Shown in pieces: positions 9,395 to 22,700 of a stretch of DNA of 64,000 nucleotides. This DNA is from Paecilomyces variotii (Eukaryota). Location of the stretch: NCBI GenBank assembly GCA_004022145.1, contig RCNU01000005.1. One strand, written 5' to 3'. Both the position numbers and the translations under genes were made by a program. Under the pieces are notes generated by a model. It was not told where the DNA came from, did not search any database, and worked only from the letters and a program-made list of their open reading frames with translations. Numbering within the stretch: the stretch's first letter is position 1; each line of letters begins with the position of its first letter.

Positions 9395-12295
9395 TCAAAT
9401 GAACAAAGCTTTGCCAACCTTCCCAAATACCCACCCAAAGGGTTTCGCAACCCATACAACCCAACTTCCCAGAAAGACCATGTAGCCGGCAGCACGGCCT
9501 AATACCATAACCACGAAACCCAGGACAAAGAAGTACAGACCTGCCTGACCCATATCCCGCATCAACAGTGCGATTTCTTCATTGGTCGACTTCGGCCACG
9601 AGCCCGTACGCTTGTAGACGATGATCCCGTTCGAGACTCGTTTTGCAACATGGAAACAATGCCCTGCCATCTCGAAAATCCTCTCAGCAATGATGCTGGC
9701 ATGCTGAGATATGTGATGACGGCGGCAGAAGTCGTATAACTGCGTGACAGACAACACACAAATATCGAATAATAACGAGAAACTAAGGAAATTGATTGCG
9801 CCACTCGATGCATCAGCATCACTCTTGCCTTCATTGCGCTTCACTAGCGCAGTGTCTTGCTCACGATTATCACTCTTAGATGCAGGTACTTGCTGACCAT
9901 CGAGTTCCGCAATCTCGGCCGTTTTAGGTGTTCGCGCTCGAGTGACACTTTTCGGTCTTCCCTCTAGAACGGGCGAGGGAGGTGCGGTCAAATCTTGAAA
10001 GCGCGGAGTAGGCGCAGGCCCAGGAATATCCTCGAACATCAGTGGATAATTAATATTCTGAATGGGATTATGGTTGTCCGTAATACATCTCCTGCACAGG
10101 CAAAATTTGTGATCACCGCGGGCGCCGCCGATATCTTGTTCGGAGGTCATCATCCTGGACATACGGATGTACCCAGGCATAATGGAAAAGCTTTCGCGAC
10201 TTTGAGGGCTGATTCGTCTGTTCCTGACACCGGACATGCCTCCTGCCTGAACGTTCCCTGGTGGCAGCATGAAGAACGTTTCTGACCTTGGTAGCATTTG
10301 CATCTGCTGCTGCCATTTGGACTGGGAATTCGAAGGATGGGACCTCGTCCTCGGGACGTGTACGGTGTCGTCTGCCTTCGGGGTTTGAGTGCGTTGCATG
10401 CTTTTTCCGCCTAAATCTGGACAAGTAGTACTTGTGGGTATGGTACTGGATGTCAGAGTGCGTGTGATAGTGGGTGTGATAATGAACACATCGTCGTCGT
10501 TCTGATTCTCTTTGCCCAACGTGTCCGGCTTCTCTGGTTTCTCCTTTGGGAGTGGTGGCAGACTCTTGTTTTTCAGACTGTTCGGCATGGGTTTGTTGAG
10601 CCCTGATTGCCTGGGAGGGCTGGACAGAGGCTGCTTCGAGCATTGGGTTGGCTTCATATTCCGAGAACGCAGTGGCTTCTCGTCGTGTAGGATAGCCTTT
10701 TCGTCTGCCGACCGCCTCTGTTGCTTCATGCCCGATTCCCTTTTCCCGCCAGATCTCCTTTTTGTCTCCGGAGATGGGGGCATGGTTGGATACGGCGAAT
10801 CGTTCGAAGTAGGGAACATCAATATTTCGTCTGGGTTCTTTGTCTTGTTCATCTCCTGACAACCTAAAAAAGTCTCCCCGCCGGCTCTGAGATGTCTCTC
10901 TCGCTGGTCCATTCGAGGAGACTCATCGTCAATAGGACTTACACGATCTCTGCCGACATCATCCGCATCATAGTACTGGCGGGGCCCCAGCGGAGGGGAC
11001 ACGGGGGACCGAGTATAAGTCTCTGCAGATACAGTTCGTACTGGTTTCCGTTGAACCGTTACGCTCGGTTGCTTTTCTAGTCTCTGAGCGGGAGCACCCC
11101 TTCGTTCAGGAGTCACTGCACGCGGACTTGGGAGAGTTTCTGGATCTAACATTTTTCCGCCTTCCAGACGCACTCTTTCGATGCTTTTCTGGTATTCCTC
11201 AATCTGCTTCGTAGTCATAGTTGGCGGATTTGGTTCTCTTGCTGAAGGCATGTTGACGATGAATCTGTCTTCCCAGTTGTTCGAGGCGGTTCTCATCGGT
11301 TCTATAGGCGACACCAAGTTATGAGAGGACGAGGCGCTATCCTTATTCACGACAACACTCTGACCAGCAGGAGGTGTGTCCCCTGGTGTAGACTGGTCGA
11401 TATCCAGACTTATCCATTCGTCTCCTTTCATCCTCCATTTTTTCTTCTTGCTATGAGGCTTGCTCTTCTCGTCCTGGGAGCTGTCTGTGGCCACACTGGG
11501 GCTAATTATTCCAGTTCTAGGATTAGCCCCTCTGCCCAGAAGCTTGTCTTCGTTCGTACTCGTCGCATGGGACTTATTTCTGTGTCTCTCCGTTTCATGC
11601 CGCATAAGCCTCGTAGATGAGCTCAAGTTGTGGAGTGTGCCATGCCTATCATGATTCATTTGACCAGATATCCCGTCAGTACACACCTCTGCCTGCCGCG
11701 CTCTCGGATACGTATCACGGGCATCCGCGATGGCTCTAAGCCTTGCCTCTGTCACACCCGTACCAGAGCTAGCACGAGAATCTCTTTGTCTTTGCCTCTG
11801 TATGATGCTGTCTGGTCGTGGTAATCTTCCATTTTCGAATCGCTCGACAGTAGTGGACATGGGATGTATGTGTTCGCTAAATCGTAGTATGGTCTCTGGG
11901 GCGCTGACCGAACGGCTGGATGCTGCAGGCATATGATCTTCGAAAGTAACCGACTTTTTGTGTTGTCTACCGTTCGTCCTCGGTACCTTGACGTTGCTCC
12001 GCCGCTTCGTCTGGTTATCGTGGGCATGGTAAGAAGACAAAGGTCTATCCGCTGGCAGTTCGACTCGGCCCTCCATCTCCAACCCCCGCCGACCACGGGA
12101 ATTATTGACAGTTAGGACTCTGTCAGGGGACGGTTGGATCGTATTGGCCCATCCCGATGGTGTGTACGTCGGTTTCAATCTTCTTTGTCCGTACTCGTTG
12201 CTTGTATCGGTCCTCTGAAGATAGATCACTTGGAAAGATGATAGAGAGCTGCTGTCAAAAGGTGGTGGGCAAGCAACAGGCAAAAAAGGAGCCAT
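9395..12295 (-). CDS. Hypothetical protein, largely low-complexity (P/S/R-rich) with C-terminal hydrophobic helices
   Basis: Uninterrupted ORF of about 966 codons from the first ATG (MAPFL); hydrophobic C-terminus (GLYFFVLGFVVMVLG, MVFLGSWVVWV). Function not recognisable; start uncertain. Confidence 0.75.
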   Translation of the reverse strand: MAPFLPVACPPPFDSSSLSSFQVIYLQRTDTSNEYGQRRLKPTYTPSGWANTIQPSPDRVLTVNNSRGRRGLEMEGRVELPADRPLSSYHAHDNQTKRRSNVKVPRTNGRQHKKSVTFEDHMPAASSRSVSAPETILRFSEHIHPMSTTVERFENGRLPRPDSIIQRQRQRDSRASSGTGVTEARLRAIADARDTYPRARQAEVCTDGISGQMNHDRHGTLHNLSSSTRLMRHETERHRNKSHATSTNEDKLLGRGANPRTGIISPSVATDSSQDEKSKPHSKKKKWRMKGDEWISLDIDQSTPGDTPPAGQSVVVNKDSASSSHNLVSPIEPMRTASNNWEDRFIVNMPSAREPNPPTMTTKQIEEYQKSIERVRLEGGKMLDPETLPSPRAVTPERRGAPAQRLEKQPSVTVQRKPVRTVSAETYTRSPVSPPLGPRQYYDADDVGRDRVSPIDDESPRMDQRERHLRAGGETFLGCQEMNKTKNPDEILMFPTSNDSPYPTMPPSPETKRRSGGKRESGMKQQRRSADEKAILHDEKPLRSRNMKPTQCSKQPLSSPPRQSGLNKPMPNSLKNKSLPPLPKEKPEKPDTLGKENQNDDDVFIITPTITRTLTSSTIPTSTTCPDLGGKSMQRTQTPKADDTVHVPRTRSHPSNSQSKWQQQMQMLPRSETFFMLPPGNVQAGGMSGVRNRRISPQSRESFSIMPGYIRMSRMMTSEQDIGGARGDHKFCLCRRCITDNHNPIQNINYPLMFEDIPGPAPTPRFQDLTAPPSPVLEGRPKSVTRARTPKTAEIAELDGQQVPASKSDNREQDTALVKRNEGKSDADASSGAINFLSFSLLFDICVLSVTQLYDFCRRHHISQHASIIAERIFEMAGHCFHVAKRVSNGIIVYKRTGSWPKSTNEEIALLMRDMGQAGLYFFVLGFVVMVLGRAAGYMVFLGSWVVWVAKPFGWVFGKVGKALFI

Positions 12296-12970
12296 ATCGA
12301 TATCCTGTTTGTTCTTTCCGCGAATCAAGGGATTAAGAATATGGAATGGTATGTTATGTGGGGGTATTATCGTTCAATGGAATGTGCCCGCGTGCACGCA
12401 GCGAATGGAATGCTTGCATATTCAGTGGCTGGGATCCGAGACCATCAAGATGCACTGTAATCGATATCATCATAGTGGTTATTGTTTCTTGCATTGATCG
12501 GATTCGGCAGCGACGGCTGGTCACTTGTAGTGAGATCACTAGAAAGGCAACCGTGACCTGCGAGGCGGATGGCACAAGTATAGAGACCCTACATTCTCCC
12601 GGGAATGGGAAGACAGACTTGCTGAGTCTTAGGCTTTATTGGACCAGGCAAGAGCAGTTGAGATCATTGTGTGAGAGTATGGCACGAGGTAGTTCCGGAG
12701 TGGTCAATTGAGATAATACAAAGTCTCGAAGAGAAAGCTTCCTATCCTAGTGATCTCTTTGTCCATCGCTGATCTTCAGCGACAGGGAGATCGAGAACAA
12801 ATTGACTATGACCGGAAGTGCATATGAATGTCGTTGTTTTATACAATTGCACTGTATTAAATTGATCTAACCGCAATCACCACAACCGACAATGTTCGTG
12901 GCAAGGTCGAACTTTGTCTGACTGCCCGGTAGATTATAGTTGATATGATATAATGCAGGCGACGGATGCA

Positions 12971-14392
12971 TCAGAACCTTCCGCTCTCGCGGCGAGGACT
13001 ATCGGGATTCGACGACAGATGGCCCCATCTCTGCACGGCTGCAGCCGTGCTCACCCCTGCAGGAACGCTACTTCTCTTAAGAGGACTAGACTGTCTTTTC
13101 ACGGGGCTTAGGCCTGTGGGGTCAATACCACTTGGTTGACTTCGACGGTCGAGATATGTCGAGCTGGGCTTTCTTAGTGGGGAATTGGCATGAGAATACA
13201 CGCCTAAGCTACCACCATCACCGGAGCCTGTTGACGGTCTGAATTGAGGCTGTCGAATTATACTTGCAGACTTGAAAGGTGAGGCGTCCCGTAGATGGCT
13301 AGGCGTCTGTAGCGATGAGTGCTGAAGGGATACCGAAGACGAAACGCTCGGCGTAGCAGGCGACTGTCGTCGTGCGGGGGTTCTAGAAATGCCCTCTGGA
13401 TCAACATGCCGGACATAATTCGGATTAGGGCTTGTTGTAAAGCCACGGCGAATGACATGTGTCGGGGTGAAGACGTCGACTTTGTTGTACTTGTCATCGG
13501 AACCTGAATCGGCGGGATGTCCAGAAAATTGAGTGCCCACATCCCTCATGAGTGGTTGGATCCGAGGATGCACAAATTTGGCATCATATTCGTTCAACAC
13601 TTCCTTGTGAACGAGCGCGGAGTCCTTCGCTTGCTGAGAGAAGAATCCCGAAAGCAGGGACATCTGAATAGACAGCAGGATCACCAAGAATATCGTCGTA
13701 ACTATCGTAACGCTCGGCCGGGGGTCTGAAGGCAGAGTTGGTAGGAAGAGCCAGTAGATAAGCACATGGCCTGGACTGAACAGGCAGAATAGTCGGAGTG
13801 CCAGCGGCGAAGGGTCCCAAACTGCGATCTCCCAGACATCGCGCTGGGGATCCGGATGCGCCCTCGATTCCGCGCTACCTGCAGAGAGTACATTCGACAG
13901 GAAGCGTAACGGAGTAGGAGAGGCGGGAGATGAGTCGACTCGAACACGGTGGGCGGAGGGCGTGGATGGGACCTTGTCGATGGACGCTTCGAACATGCGG
14001 TAACGACGTTTGCGCCAGAAAGTGTAGAACGCATTAACTGCGGATATAAGCGCCAGAAAATGCACAATAAATGAAGCCTGTAGTTAAACTCCCAGTTAGC
14101 ACCAGATACCCTTGGCCGTGAAGCTCTTACAACGTACAACCCAGGTCAACCATGAAACTCCACCATCATCTCCGAATATGTCATCTTCTGCTCTGCTCTT
14201 TCGAGCACTATTGGCGCGAGCGACCAGGAATATGAAATTAAGCCCGGCCCCAATTGGCAGAGCCCATTCCTTCTCCCACTGCTCCCAATCACTAGAGTCG
14301 ATCTCCTCCGACAGCCAGAGAAGGAAGTCCAACGGGTTCAGGTAGGCCTTGACGCGCTCCGCGAGCGGCTGACGACGCACGAGCCGGGGCAT
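12971..14392 (-). CDS. NUR1: Nuclear rim protein Nur1/Mug154 family, 2 exons
   Basis: MPRLVRR..LNPLDFLLWLSEE start, YRMFE, WEIAVWDP, LFCLFSPGH, VHKEVLNEYDAKFVHPR motifs; intron GTACGT 14137 to CAG about 14076 joins the two ORF-track segments. Confidence 0.88.
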
Positions 14393-14761
14393 GGTGTTCG
14401 GATTGCAAGGGAGCGACGTACCCGAGCTGATAAAGCTCAGCCGGGTCTTCCTATGAAGATATCATGGAGGTGTTGTGCCGTAGCGGTTGTGAAAAAAGCG
14501 ACCGTTGTAAACAACAATAAAAATGAATGAATGAAGCTTCCCCGACGTCAAAGTGGACGCTGACATAAGCAGGGCGGGATGACGCCGAGATAGGCTGAGC
14601 TCTCGACGAGCGTCTCGACTGTCGGCCATTGATTTCCTGGCCTTGGTTCTGTTTCGATCCTGGGCTTTGTGGTTGCACGGAGGAGGAGGCGATATCTGTC
14701 CGCTCTCTATTGCTTTTGATTTACTTCTTGTTCCTCTGGATTCCGTTTCAGTCCAAACACC

Positions 14762-15430
14762 ATGGCCGCTCCGCCCACCGCATACAAGGTGATATCGCAC
14801 CTGGCCTTATTCCGCACTAGGGAAACTGATGTCGTCGATGTTGACAGGACCGGCAATTCCTTGCGGTGATTGGAGATGAAGAGTATGGACTCAATTGTCA
14901 CCCGTTCATGTATCCTGCTTGACAGTTCGCTGACTATCTCTCCCCGCTCTAGCTCAGTGACCGGACTGTTGCTTGCTGGCGTTGGTGTGAGTACAGTACC
15001 GCCTTTGGATTATCTGGCCCTATAGCATGGCTACTTGGTACTTCATCTAAGTGATTCGACTGCTGACCGCTCCCTCGATTGTCTAGCATGTTACCGATCC
15101 CCCAGACTCGCAGCGCAACTTCCTTGTGGTCGACTCCAAGACCGAGACCTCCACCATCGAGAAGGCATTCCAGAACTTCACACAAGAGAGGAAGGACATC
15201 GGAGTTCTGTTGATCAACCAGCATGTGCGTGCCTATCCTGTGGTCGACACTTTTGTGCCACATGAGGCTCACAGCTAACATACAAACAGATTGCGGAACG
15301 TATCCGCAACAGCGTGGATTCATTTACTGAAGCTTTCCCGGCCGTCCTGGAGATTCCAAGCAAGGATCACCCGTATGACCCAGAGAAGGACAGTGTTCTG
15401 AGACGCGTGCGGAGACTGTTTGGAGAGTAA
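14762..15430 (+). CDS. VMA7: V-type ATPase subunit F, 5 short exons (not in ORF track)
   Basis: Manual splicing gives [48 protein letters not shown]...[16 protein letters not shown]...[31 protein letters not shown], matching the subunit F signature. Confidence 0.95.
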
Positions 15431-16221
15431 TGATGGGGAAACGAAAGCGAAACGAAGCGAGGCCCAATTTTCTTGGCTACATGGATTCCTGATGACCTAC
15501 GCGGGCCGTCTCACCAAGTGTAAATGCATCTTTAGGGTGTGATGTCGTTGTTGGCATCTTTTGTCAGTTGTTTGGCTTACGATGTATTGCAAAGATGAAG
15601 AATAATTAGTGCTTCTGGGAGAAGATACCCAATACAAGAAATCAACAGCATATATTACAAGTGGCATGACTGCAAGATGCATATGGTGATTGGGTAGCTC
15701 CGGTTAACGCAATAGAATGAAGGCCTATCTCACATGATTGCTTAACAGGTTGAAAGGGCTACAGCACTGTGGACATTGGTGCAACTACATGTAGATACCA
15801 TTGAACCAGATAACCAAAAGTTGCTTTGAACTGCTCTCCAGTTGCATCGTTCGATAACGACAATGCGGAGCAGGTGTAAAGTAGGAAGGTAGAGGCGTAG
15901 TTAAAGTTTCGCGCTATCTCACTAGTGGAGAGACAGTATGTTGGAATATTGAAATCGATCATCACGTCCGATGTATGACTGGGTAGGAAGGACTACAAAG
16001 GTCGAGATATGTGGTTTCTAGACCCATAGAAACAATCAGTAGTTTGTCCGAGTTATATAAAAACCAAATCCTGCCACCTACTGACCTCATTTCCTTTTCT
16101 ACATGACTCCATCCTATCCTCTACATGTGAGAGTAGCAGCCTTTCACTAGTCCAACAAACCGCATACACATCCATCATTTGCACGTTATATACACCATTT
16201 CATAAACGCAGGAATTTTGAC

Positions 16222-17670
16222 ATGGCACCCTCGCAAGTGACCACCGACTCCACGATTCTGATAATCGGCGCCGGAACATGGGGCTGCTCAACCGCCCTCC
16301 ACCTAGCCAGGCGGGGTTACAAACGTATCACGGTCCTGGATCCCTATCCAGTCCCCTCGCCCATCGCCGCAGGAAATGATATAAACAAAATCTCCGAACA
16401 CAGCGGAGCAGAAGGTACGTATATTATTATATGGTAGCTATCCACATCGACAATGGAATTGTTAGTAGGTACCTACCTACTTAAACTGATTCGAAAATAT
16501 ACAACAGATTGGCCCGACCCAGATAAGGATCCTCAGGGCTATGCAGACCATGTATGCAGAGAAAATGCCATCATGGCATGGAAGAATGATCCTGTCTTCA
16601 AGCCATATTACCATGAAACGGGATTCATCGTTGCCGCTCACACGCCTTCGACAATTGAACATGTGAAGAAACACGAACTATACCCGTCTGAGTCCGCGTT
16701 TGAGAAACTCGAGACGGCCGAGGACTTCCGTAAGACTATGCCTGAAGGTGTTCTCACGGGCTCTTTTCCCGGCTGGAAAGGATGGTGGAAGAAAGACGGT
16801 GCTGGCTGGGTTCATGCTAGGAAAGCTCTGGTCTCTGCCTACGAAGAGGCCAAGCGTCTTGGTGTCAATTTTATCACTGGCTCACCGCAGGGAAATGTCA
16901 TTGGTCTCAAATATGAGAATGGAGATGTCATCGGTGCAGAGACGGCGGATAGCCAAGTCCACAGGGCGAATCATACCATCCTCGCCGCGGGAGCAGCGAG
17001 TGATCGACTCTTAGATTTCAAAAAGCAGCTCCGACCAACAGCCTGGACATTGTCACATATCCGGATGAGTCCCCAGGAAGCTAAACTGTACCGAAATCTT
17101 CCTGTCTTATTCAATGTCGCCAAGGGCTTCTTCATGGAGCCCGATGAGGACAAGCACGAACTTAAGATCTGTGACGAACATCCCGGCTACTGCAACTGGG
17201 TCGCTGACCCGAACCATCCAGGCGAGAAGATCAGTCTCCCTTTTGCGAAACACCAAATTCCCCTAGAGGCAGAAGCTCGCGCGAGGGATTTTCTTCGTGA
17301 CACGATGCCGCATCTTGCAGAGCGTCCTTTCGCATTTGCCCGCATTTGCTGGGACGCAGACACGCCAGATCGCTGCTACCTGATTGACAGACATCCCGAC
17401 CATCCTTCGCTTCTACTTGCTTGTGGAGCTTCTGGTCATGGTTTCATGCAGATGCCTGCAATAGGGGGATTTGTCGCAGACGCATTGGAGGGAAAGCTAC
17501 ACAGGACGATTCAATATGCGTATAGATGGCGGCCGGAGACAGCGGTAAACAGAGACTGGAAAGATACTCAGGACCGGTATGGCGGGCCGAATAGAATGAT
17601 GGATTTTCAGGATATTGGAGACAATGAGTGGACTACGATATATGGGCACACAGAGCGTACGTCCATGTGA
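16222..17670 (+). CDS. Fructosyl-amino acid oxidase (amadoriase; FAD-dependent, sarcosine oxidase family), 2 exons
   Basis: GAGTWGCSTALHLARRG FAD motif, AAGNDINKI, KICDEHPGY, RICWDADTPD, SGHGF, WRPETA; intron 16415-16507. Confidence 0.92.
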
Positions 17671-19058
17671 TCTGTCATGTCATCCGTTTGCAGCAGAATC
17701 TTTGATATCCTAGTTATATATAGGATAGAACCTAGTAGATCACTAGGATCTAGATTCTTGGTCACCATGCTATAGGAAATAAATATAGATTCAAACCCAT
17801 CCCCAGAACTAGAAACAAGTCAAGCAGCCTAGATATATCAGCTAGATGTCTCAAATAATACTATGCTTCCGTGCATTGGAATTCGACACGATACCAGAGG
17901 CTTCGAAGCTGTGAGTCCTTTATGTAATGATTACCAGTCCAAATGAAACGAAGCCATTTACCGAGTCCCTAAACGATTCTAAGGAAAGCTTATACGTGTA
18001 TAAATAACAAGAGACTGCTCCATCAATCTAATACATAGCAAGGTATACATAAAACCACCCCAGATACTACCTAGTAATCGCTCCAGCAACTACGACTGCC
18101 ACGGCCGGACTATGGGACTACAGACTACCTACTGCAGAACCAGTAATGGATCCTCTAAATCATTCAGAGATCGAATCGAGTAGTAAGATGATTGTATCCT
18201 AATTCTCGCAGACGGGTAGAAGGCTACTACATGTTCATCTGTATTCGATTGTGTGATATTAGTATGGCTCTTATATATATATCGATATCTTATATCTTAT
18301 CGATTGCCTTTCGCTGCAAGGACAGGAAACTGAACGATCTTCCCATCCTAAGTCATATAGCTTATGCCATAAACAACATAAACAACATAAATGGGTCTTG
18401 GTAAGAAGCAGATCTATCGTTTATACGGGTAATAGCTCCCGTAATTTACAGTAAATGTGTCGATGTATGGAATATATGTCTATTCCAATTTGCGGAAGTG
18501 ACACTTCCCGAACAGACAATAAAAAAGCCAATACGAGTGACTAGCCAGTTCATTTAGTTTAAGTCTCTAACATATTGTGCCTTGGCAAGCTGTTGATGAT
18601 GATGTACTAGTAATACATGCCCTGAAATGACCGGAGTGACATGTGGAGAATTTACGCAAATGGTAAATATATACTTAGTTGCCAAGCCAGATATCATAGT
18701 AGTCATGCAGATAAACTGTACATCAATCAGAAAATGACTACACATAAATAGACAGAGACATAGTGAGGGACGGATTTGTCCAGTTGGAGGTAATAATAAC
18801 TATTAGGCCGCAGTAGCTTTACACGAGGAGACCAACGTGCGAGAAACCCAGACTCCACAGAAAGATGCGTTACGCATGAGAATAGGTATCATCATTTGAG
18901 GCCGAATATGTCGAAGACGATGATACGTCACAACACGGCCGCTTTAAGACGAGGATGAAGCAATCTGGAAGGACTAAGAGCTCAAAATTATCCATATCGC
19001 AAGGTATACAAGCGTAACGAAAACACAGATAAGACGTCCATCATGTCAATTTCCGGCT

Positions 19059-19742
19059 CTATCGGTTGAAAACGATATCGTTGGCTTCGAGGCAGGTGAT
19101 CTTTCGCTTGTCGTCGGTGTAGACATCAGCCAGCACAGAGTACTTGCCCTATAAACCCCATAAATGTTAGAACCCAACTCGATATACATTTCAGTCGATG
19201 CTCGTCCATGCGATAACGTACCGGAGGGATCTCCTTGGGCAGTTGAACATCCTTTGTGAAAGTCATTTCGCCCTTCTCCAGAGGACAGTGCAGGTCGACA
19301 TTTTCGATCTGCTCACAGAGGTCTGCTTCCTGGTTGATCAAGCGGATCAAGCCATACTTGACCTGCAGGAGAACCTTGGAGCCCTGCTCGACCTTCTCGC
19401 GGAAGGTACCCTTGGCGACGATGGTGAGGTTCTGACCACTATAGTCCCAAAGTATCAGTAAGCTGCCACAAGAACACTCATGGAGTGCTATTGGTGTGAA
19501 AGACGTCGATATACGTTCAGGGAGACATACGGCTGGGGAGGGTTCGGAGAGAGGTCCACGGAGTCGATCTGCAGGATGTTGTTGCTGGGATCGGAGCAGT
19601 AGGTCAGCGGGTTGTCTCCGTCGACAGGGAAGTCCTTGTTGTTCGTCGCTATCGGCGACTGGTCGAAGAAGGACAGCGACCGAGCAAAGGTCGAAAGAGG
19701 AGTAACAAGCAGAAGGGCGGCGGTTGCTGATAAGAGCTTCAT
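19059..19742 (-). CDS. NPC2: Phosphatidylglycerol/phosphatidylinositol transfer protein (ML/NPC2 domain), 3 exons
   Basis: Signal peptide MKLLSATAALLLV; GDNPLTYC, VDLSPNPP|GQNLTI, VKYGLIRLINQEADLC, CPLEKG, LPKEIPP|GKYSVLADV, ITCL; stop TAG at 19061-19059. Confidence 0.92.
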
Positions 19743-22700
19743 GATTGCGGTTCTCCTCCAGCAGGACTGATATAATATAATATAATATGATAATAGCAAC
19801 CGTTCAAGGAGAAAGATGATTCCCCCGAGATCAGCAAGATACCAACAAGAGCCCCAAACTGATGTCTGGCGCAGCGATAAACGACGAAGGAGAAGCGGTG
19901 TCGTGATGGCGATGGCTGGGGAGGGCGATGACGATACTACCGACGACCACGTGATAGATCACACGGGCAGCGAAGATCGGCCTGGCAAGTCAACAATCAT
20001 AATCAACAAGCTTGATGCGCGCATTGTTTCAGTTCATATTCACAGCCAGGCTCTGTGAAGAGACTGTTGCCTGCTCATCAATAAACTATCAGCATTACCT
20101 TCTCTGCGATGCTTTCAATCCTCCCATTGTGGACTAATATCATTATTGTCCGGACAGCTGCTCTGCTCTTCTGACCTGGAGATCGATGACGCTGGCCCCA
20201 CCCGTTTCTCTCCACACTACAATCCGACATACTGTAAGTGTACAGTATCTCGATGACCAGCTTCAAACAGCTTGCCAGGGATAATACCTCCCCCTTCAAC
20301 TCTAGACAGATCGGTAATGCCTGCATAATACAGACTGCAGATGTCGAATCGCTTCTCCTGATCAGCAAGCAGCTGCTCTACGCTCAGATCAGATCATGCA
20401 CCACTATCAGCAATCACGTTCATGATGAAACACTAATCCAAGATACATACAGGCATCCACTAGCAGAGGTATTTTAAATTAGATGAGAGAAACCAGGTAA
20501 AAAAAACATCAAAAAGCAAATCTGATTAGATAAAACCCGAGTACAGTATACACATCCCAGGGACTTCAGACCCCAGTCACCATTTGGGAGATTTGTCTGA
20601 TATTATTCTCTCTAGTATTATTGCATGGGACTAGTGGTCTGTTTTTGCCTCGATTACAATGCAACACTGTTAGCTCTTGTACTTCTGTCCGGAACCTGTG
20701 ATGTTCCAGCCCCATATTATTATTCTTTCCGCTGTTTTCCCTGCTCGGATACCCACACTAGATACCTATGGTTTTGGTCTGCACGACTCCTCTTTTTTCT
20801 TTTTCTTCGATCCCTTAACACGGAGAGAGATACCGAGATCAGATGGTTCTTCTGTGTAGATATGCCTGATCCTTGTTTAAAACAAAAGTGGTAATCATCA
20901 AACAAAATCGTCCAGTGTGGAAGTTCTCGCTTCTGACCACACACTTTTCGAACTCCAATATCTTGAAAAAAAAAAAAAAAATAATATGCAAATCAGAATA
21001 GTTACTACCTACTTCGACACCCGAATGAATAACGAGAACAAAGTTAATCTGACTCGGAACGTTAACCGTAATAAGATAATCGTTCCTTTTCACTTCCGTA
21101 GACATTATTACCAATGAAGAACTTGCCCCCCCCTCCCCCTCCGCCCCAATTTACCCTGAGGGGGAGGGGTTCCTCTCTGAGATCTTAGAATAAGAGAGAG
21201 AGTCCCTCATGTTTCATTATTGAAAAAGATTGCTGCATACCCCACATGAAGTCTCGGTCCGCATCAGTACTCCGTATGGTACTCTATCCACGGAGCCGCA
21301 CAAAAAGACCACTCAAAAAGTGTCCGATATTCTGAATAGTTGATCCGAACAGCAAGATCATGTCGATCTCGACAGTAAATGACATCACCTTCGTCATCTT
21401 CAGCCTTTCTTTTTTCTCCATTAGCCCGATACGGCTTGCAATAATACCCTAGGGCACCTACGCGTTATTGCCGTTTTTTTCCTTTTTTTTTTTTTTTCTC
21501 TCTTTTCCTTTTCTATGGCGCGCTGCATCGCCAGACCCGACGGAGCGTAAAGTTAGGTGTCCCACCGACCTGCTGCAATCGGCTCGGGCCGTCCCATCTG
21601 TGTCCCAGACGGAAATTATAATAGTCAGTACCAGGGTAGATAGGATAGGATATATGTTATGCAGGGTACCCCAGGTCACATGGACGTGATACGAACAATG
21701 ATAATACTCTACTACAGGATGGACTGCTATCCCAGATTGACGGTCATGTTCCTGTTTGGTTTCTGGTCCTTTTTCCGCCTCCAATCTAGCGGAAACTCGT
21801 TTTATCAGATCCTCAAACAAGAAGACTGGGAAAAAGCATTCAGAGTTTTCCTTCCCCGCCCTGATCAGATATAGATGGTACATGTCACACCACAGCCGAT
21901 AGGGATGCTCACCTGGTCCATTAGCCGAGGGGGTTTTTTTCCGCAGTGGGACCGTACGAGCTATACGCTGGGAGTAAATCTCCGTTAGAGACTACTATCA
22001 TCGGAGCTGCTTGTGATCACGCCCCGGTGTCTGGGCCATATTGATTATGAATGGATGCACGAAAAAAAGATACGTCTACTTGGTTTCCCCTCAGGAAATG
22101 AACACACGAGCAATATCAAGAATATGCACGAGGAATCAGTTAGCTGCTTTCCAACCTGCCATAGTGATCTTACCTTTTATCCGGTTTCATCGCGCGTGCC
22201 GAAGGAAAAGGGAAAGAGAAAGAGAAAAGTTAGCACAGACATGAAGTGGTTACTAAAAGCGAGGAGCTAGACTCTCGTCAAGTCTACTGCCATCTCCACC
22301 ATGGTTTGGATAGCGGTCTGAGCTCGAGCTCTGTGGGCGCCATCTTCAGTAATGATAATTACCAACACCTTAGGTGCCAGATTGACTTCGGTGCCGATGC
22401 TATGTAGTTGAATCATCTAAGCCCGAACAAAGGAATATCTCCGTTGCATGCTTGTTGGTGAAGAGGATATGCTATGAATGCCAATCATAATATGAGGTCT
22501 CCAACCTTGTACCTACCGGGATGAGGCTAAACTAATATCCATAATTCCGCTATTTAATATTATTAGCGATCGGAGAATACCGTGGAGGAATAGTCATATA
22601 GAAAGCAATGGAAAAGAAATAGGCCAGTCTCTTGGCATCATGCGCAAATGTACTCCGTACGTGAAGACTGCACAGCCGATCTTGAGGTAAATAAGTTAGC

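Noticed and set aside
20965-20981. Homopolymer runs (A17 here, T-runs near 21483 and 37578)
   Set aside because: Ordinary simple-sequence tracts with no retro-insertion hallmarks.
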